In this document: piece by piece, positions 62,033 to 64,000 of the stretch
How the letters are laid out: every line of letters starts with the position of its first letter
Numbering within the stretch: the stretch's first letter is position 1
Assembly (NCBI GenBank): GCA_963703315.1
Contig: OY969811.1
Coordinates: 2,016,001-2,080,000, forward strand
Reading direction: 5' to 3'
DNA length: 64,000 nt
Source of the DNA: an uncultured cyanobacterium
GTDB lineage: Bacteria > Cyanobacteriota > Cyanobacteriia > Pseudanabaenales > Pseudanabaenaceae
Translations under genes and position numbers: made by a program
The notes under the pieces: model-generated
Seen by the model: the letters and a program-made list of their open reading frames with translations, nothing else
What the model was told of the DNA's origin: nothing
Databases searched by the model: none

Positions 62033-63794
62033 TTAATTTTAATTCTTCTATATTCCATAGCGCACCCTGTTCAGAGGGTTTCACATTTTCAATGCGATCG
62101 CGTATAGCAATTAGATATAGAGGAACTGTCAAATGAATTAGGGGCAACTGCTCCTGAACTAATTGCTGATATTCAGCATAAATAGCTTTACGCTTAGTAT
62201 CGTCTAATTCTTGAGCGCCCTGAACCATCAAGTCATAGATCTTTTGTTCCCAATCAGCAATTTCTCGACCAGGAAAAGGTTTCTCGTCACCAACTGCTCC
62301 TTTGTTAAATAGATGAGAATCACCATCAGGAGCCCAAAGATTAATAGAATTATTTGGTTCCGCCCCTCCAGTAAATCCCAGCATCGTCGCATCCCATTGT
62401 TTCGAGTTATCCAGCTTATCAACAATAATCCGAAAATCTACTGGTGTGAAGTCAACTTTGATGCCAATTTTTTCTAAATCAGCTTTGATTTGCGCTCCTA
62501 ATGCGACTCTGCCCCCAGCAGGAGCAAGTAAGGTAAAACGTACTAAATTGCCTTGAGAGTCTAATAATTGTTGCTGAGCATCGTATTGATAACCTGCTTT
62601 CAAAAGAATCTCTTTTGCTTTTTCAGGCTGATAGTCATAAACTTTGAGTCCTTGTTCGGCAGAGAAGAAGAAGGGACTCGGTACGGAAACTGGTGAGTTT
62701 TGAGTTTGGGCTAACCCGCGTGATAAGTTGGTAATCATCGCCTCGCGATTAAGGGAATAGGCAACTGCGCGACGAAAGTTAACATCATTGAACCATTTCG
62801 ACTTGATTGGCTCCACAAAAGGCTCATTGGTTTTGGGATTGCGTCCTTTATTCAAGTTAAACATGAGAAAGGATTGACCTGTGGCAGGACCAACATTGTA
62901 GATTTTGTAACCATCACGTTTTTCAAAACGTTTGAGGAGTTGGTAATCTTCTCCGCGAAGTTTGTACATATCTAGTTCGCCTGACCGAAACCTTAATAGG
63001 GCTGTGTCGGGAGATTCTACAATTTGCAGAACAAATTTTTCGATATAGGGCTTACCTTTTTTCCAATAGTAAGGATTAGGTTTATAGATAATCCGTTGGG
63101 AAGGACGATATTCTTGAATTAGGTAAGCACCACTGCCCACTAGTTGATCTACAGGGGTATTGATAGTCCATGTCTCTAAAAATTTGAGTTTCTTGTCATC
63201 AGTTCCTTCTTTGAGAGTTGGTTCAAAAATATGTTTTGGTAAGACACTCGTACCGCCTAAGGTGCGTAAAGCGGGGGCAAAAGGTTCACTGAGAAAGAAA
63301 GAAATGCGGCGATCATCAAGCTTTTCCAGTTTGGGGAGAGTCTTAGATTTGCCAATTCGTAATATATCCCGATTCCCTGATGGAATCTTCTCATTAAAGA
63401 TAATGTTGTTATAGGTAAATAGGACATCATCAACAGTAAGGGGCTGACCATCTGACCATTTAAGATCTGGACGTAAGGTAAAAATAAGTTGTTTGCCATC
63501 TTGTTGAAATTCCCATTTTTCAGCTAGGTCAGGTTCTAATTCTTTAGTAATGGCATTTTCGCTAACTAGCCCACTGAGGGTATAGCCGATCGCAATGCCG
63601 CTATAGGCATCATTAACTAGGACTGGGTTAAAGGTTTTGATATCGTTGTCAAGGGAAACAACTAAACGATCCTTCATTACTTCTGATTTGACTGAGCAAC
63701 CCCAAAGTAGCAGTGAACACATCCCAATGAGCAGTAGTAGCACTGCTGCTTTCCATTGTTTGACCTTAGTTCTTTTCTGCATACTTCTCTTCAT
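62028..63794 (-). CDS. Peptide/oligopeptide ABC transporter substrate-binding lipoprotein (SBP family 5)
   Basis: Lipobox 'LWGC', 'KTFNP', 'LRPDLKWSDGQPLTVDDVLFT', 'FRRAVAY'. Confidence 0.9.
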   Translation of the reverse strand: MKRSMQKRTKVKQWKAAVLLLLIGMCSLLLWGCSVKSEVMKDRLVVSLDNDIKTFNPVLVNDAYSGIAIGYTLSGLVSENAITKELEPDLAEKWEFQQDGKQLIFTLRPDLKWSDGQPLTVDDVLFTYNNIIFNEKIPSGNRDILRIGKSKTLPKLEKLDDRRISFFLSEPFAPALRTLGGTSVLPKHIFEPTLKEGTDDKKLKFLETWTINTPVDQLVGSGAYLIQEYRPSQRIIYKPNPYYWKKGKPYIEKFVLQIVESPDTALLRFRSGELDMYKLRGEDYQLLKRFEKRDGYKIYNVGPATGQSFLMFNLNKGRNPKTNEPFVEPIKSKWFNDVNFRRAVAYSLNREAMITNLSRGLAQTQNSPVSVPSPFFFSAEQGLKVYDYQPEKAKEILLKAGYQYDAQQQLLDSQGNLVRFTLLAPAGGRVALGAQIKADLEKIGIKVDFTPVDFRIIVDKLDNSKQWDATMLGFTGGAEPNNSINLWAPDGDSHLFNKGAVGDEKPFPGREIADWEQKIYDLMVQGAQELDDTKRKAIYAEYQQLVQEQLPLIHLTVPLYLIAIRDRIENVKPSEQGALWNIEELKLK

Positions 63795-63869
63795 AGTTAC
63801 TCTTTCCTAATCTTTACTTAAATATTTTCCAAGTGAAATAGTATATTTAGCCCATCAGGGCTAAATATA

Positions 63870-64000
63870 CTATTTCACCAATAAAACTACTGCATGAACA
63901 GCGATCGCCTCTTTCTGCCCGATCGCATCCTGCCCCTCATTAGTAGTTGCCTTCACACTTACACAGTCAATCGGTAAGTTCATCGCTTGTGATAGGCGAT
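63870..64000 (-). CDS. ispF: 2-C-methyl-D-erythritol 2,4-cyclodiphosphate synthase, 3' end (partial; absent from the ORF track)
   Basis: Manual translation ..RLSQAMNLPIDCVSVKATTNEGQDAIGQKEAIAVHAVVLLVK*; 'VKATT.E..G..E.IA..AVVLL' is the IspF C-terminus. Confidence 0.8.
   Translation of the reverse strand, partial: RLSQAMNLPIDCVSVKATTNEGQDAIGQKEAIAVHAVVLLVK

Overview
Cyanobacterial chromosomal window: very frequent HIP1 (GCGATCGC), cyanobacterial gene families and dense palindromic/MITE repeats. The repeat style suggests Pseudanabaena, which is inference only. All calls come from reading motifs by eye and from recalled family consensus; no database searches were run. From left to right: (1) a general-stress/desiccation cluster (Mn-catalase, LEA/CsbD-like, GlsB, glycine-zipper, hemerythrin and general-stress proteins) with a GGDEF protein and an HTH-NACHT NTPase; (2) tex and a DXCF-cyanobacteriochrome hybrid kinase; (3) a cmpABCD-type bicarbonate ABC operon, divergent from an Fe-S/cNMP membrane protein; (4) dut, a Ser/Thr kinase and conserved hypotheticals; (5) an AT-rich accessory island at 35.5-41.7 kb holding a MITE, an IS1-disrupted kinase-TPR gene, an unnamed PD-(D/E)XK nuclease + UPRTase-fold gene pair and two Uma2 genes; (6) a porin plus two-component/c-di-GMP block, bounded by a ~105-bp direct repeat and broken twice (IS1634 insertion and a frameshift); (7) leuS with an in-frame repeat insertion; (8) a PARIS-like ABC-ATPase + TOPRIM pair; (9) CIRCE-controlled groES followed by a GroEL2-type groEL; (10) a GT4 glycosyltransferase, a peptide ABC binding protein and the 3' end of ispF. 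The best candidate for an undescribed system is the nuclease + degenerate-UPRTase pair at 38560-40246, a putative nucleotide-sensing anti-phage module.
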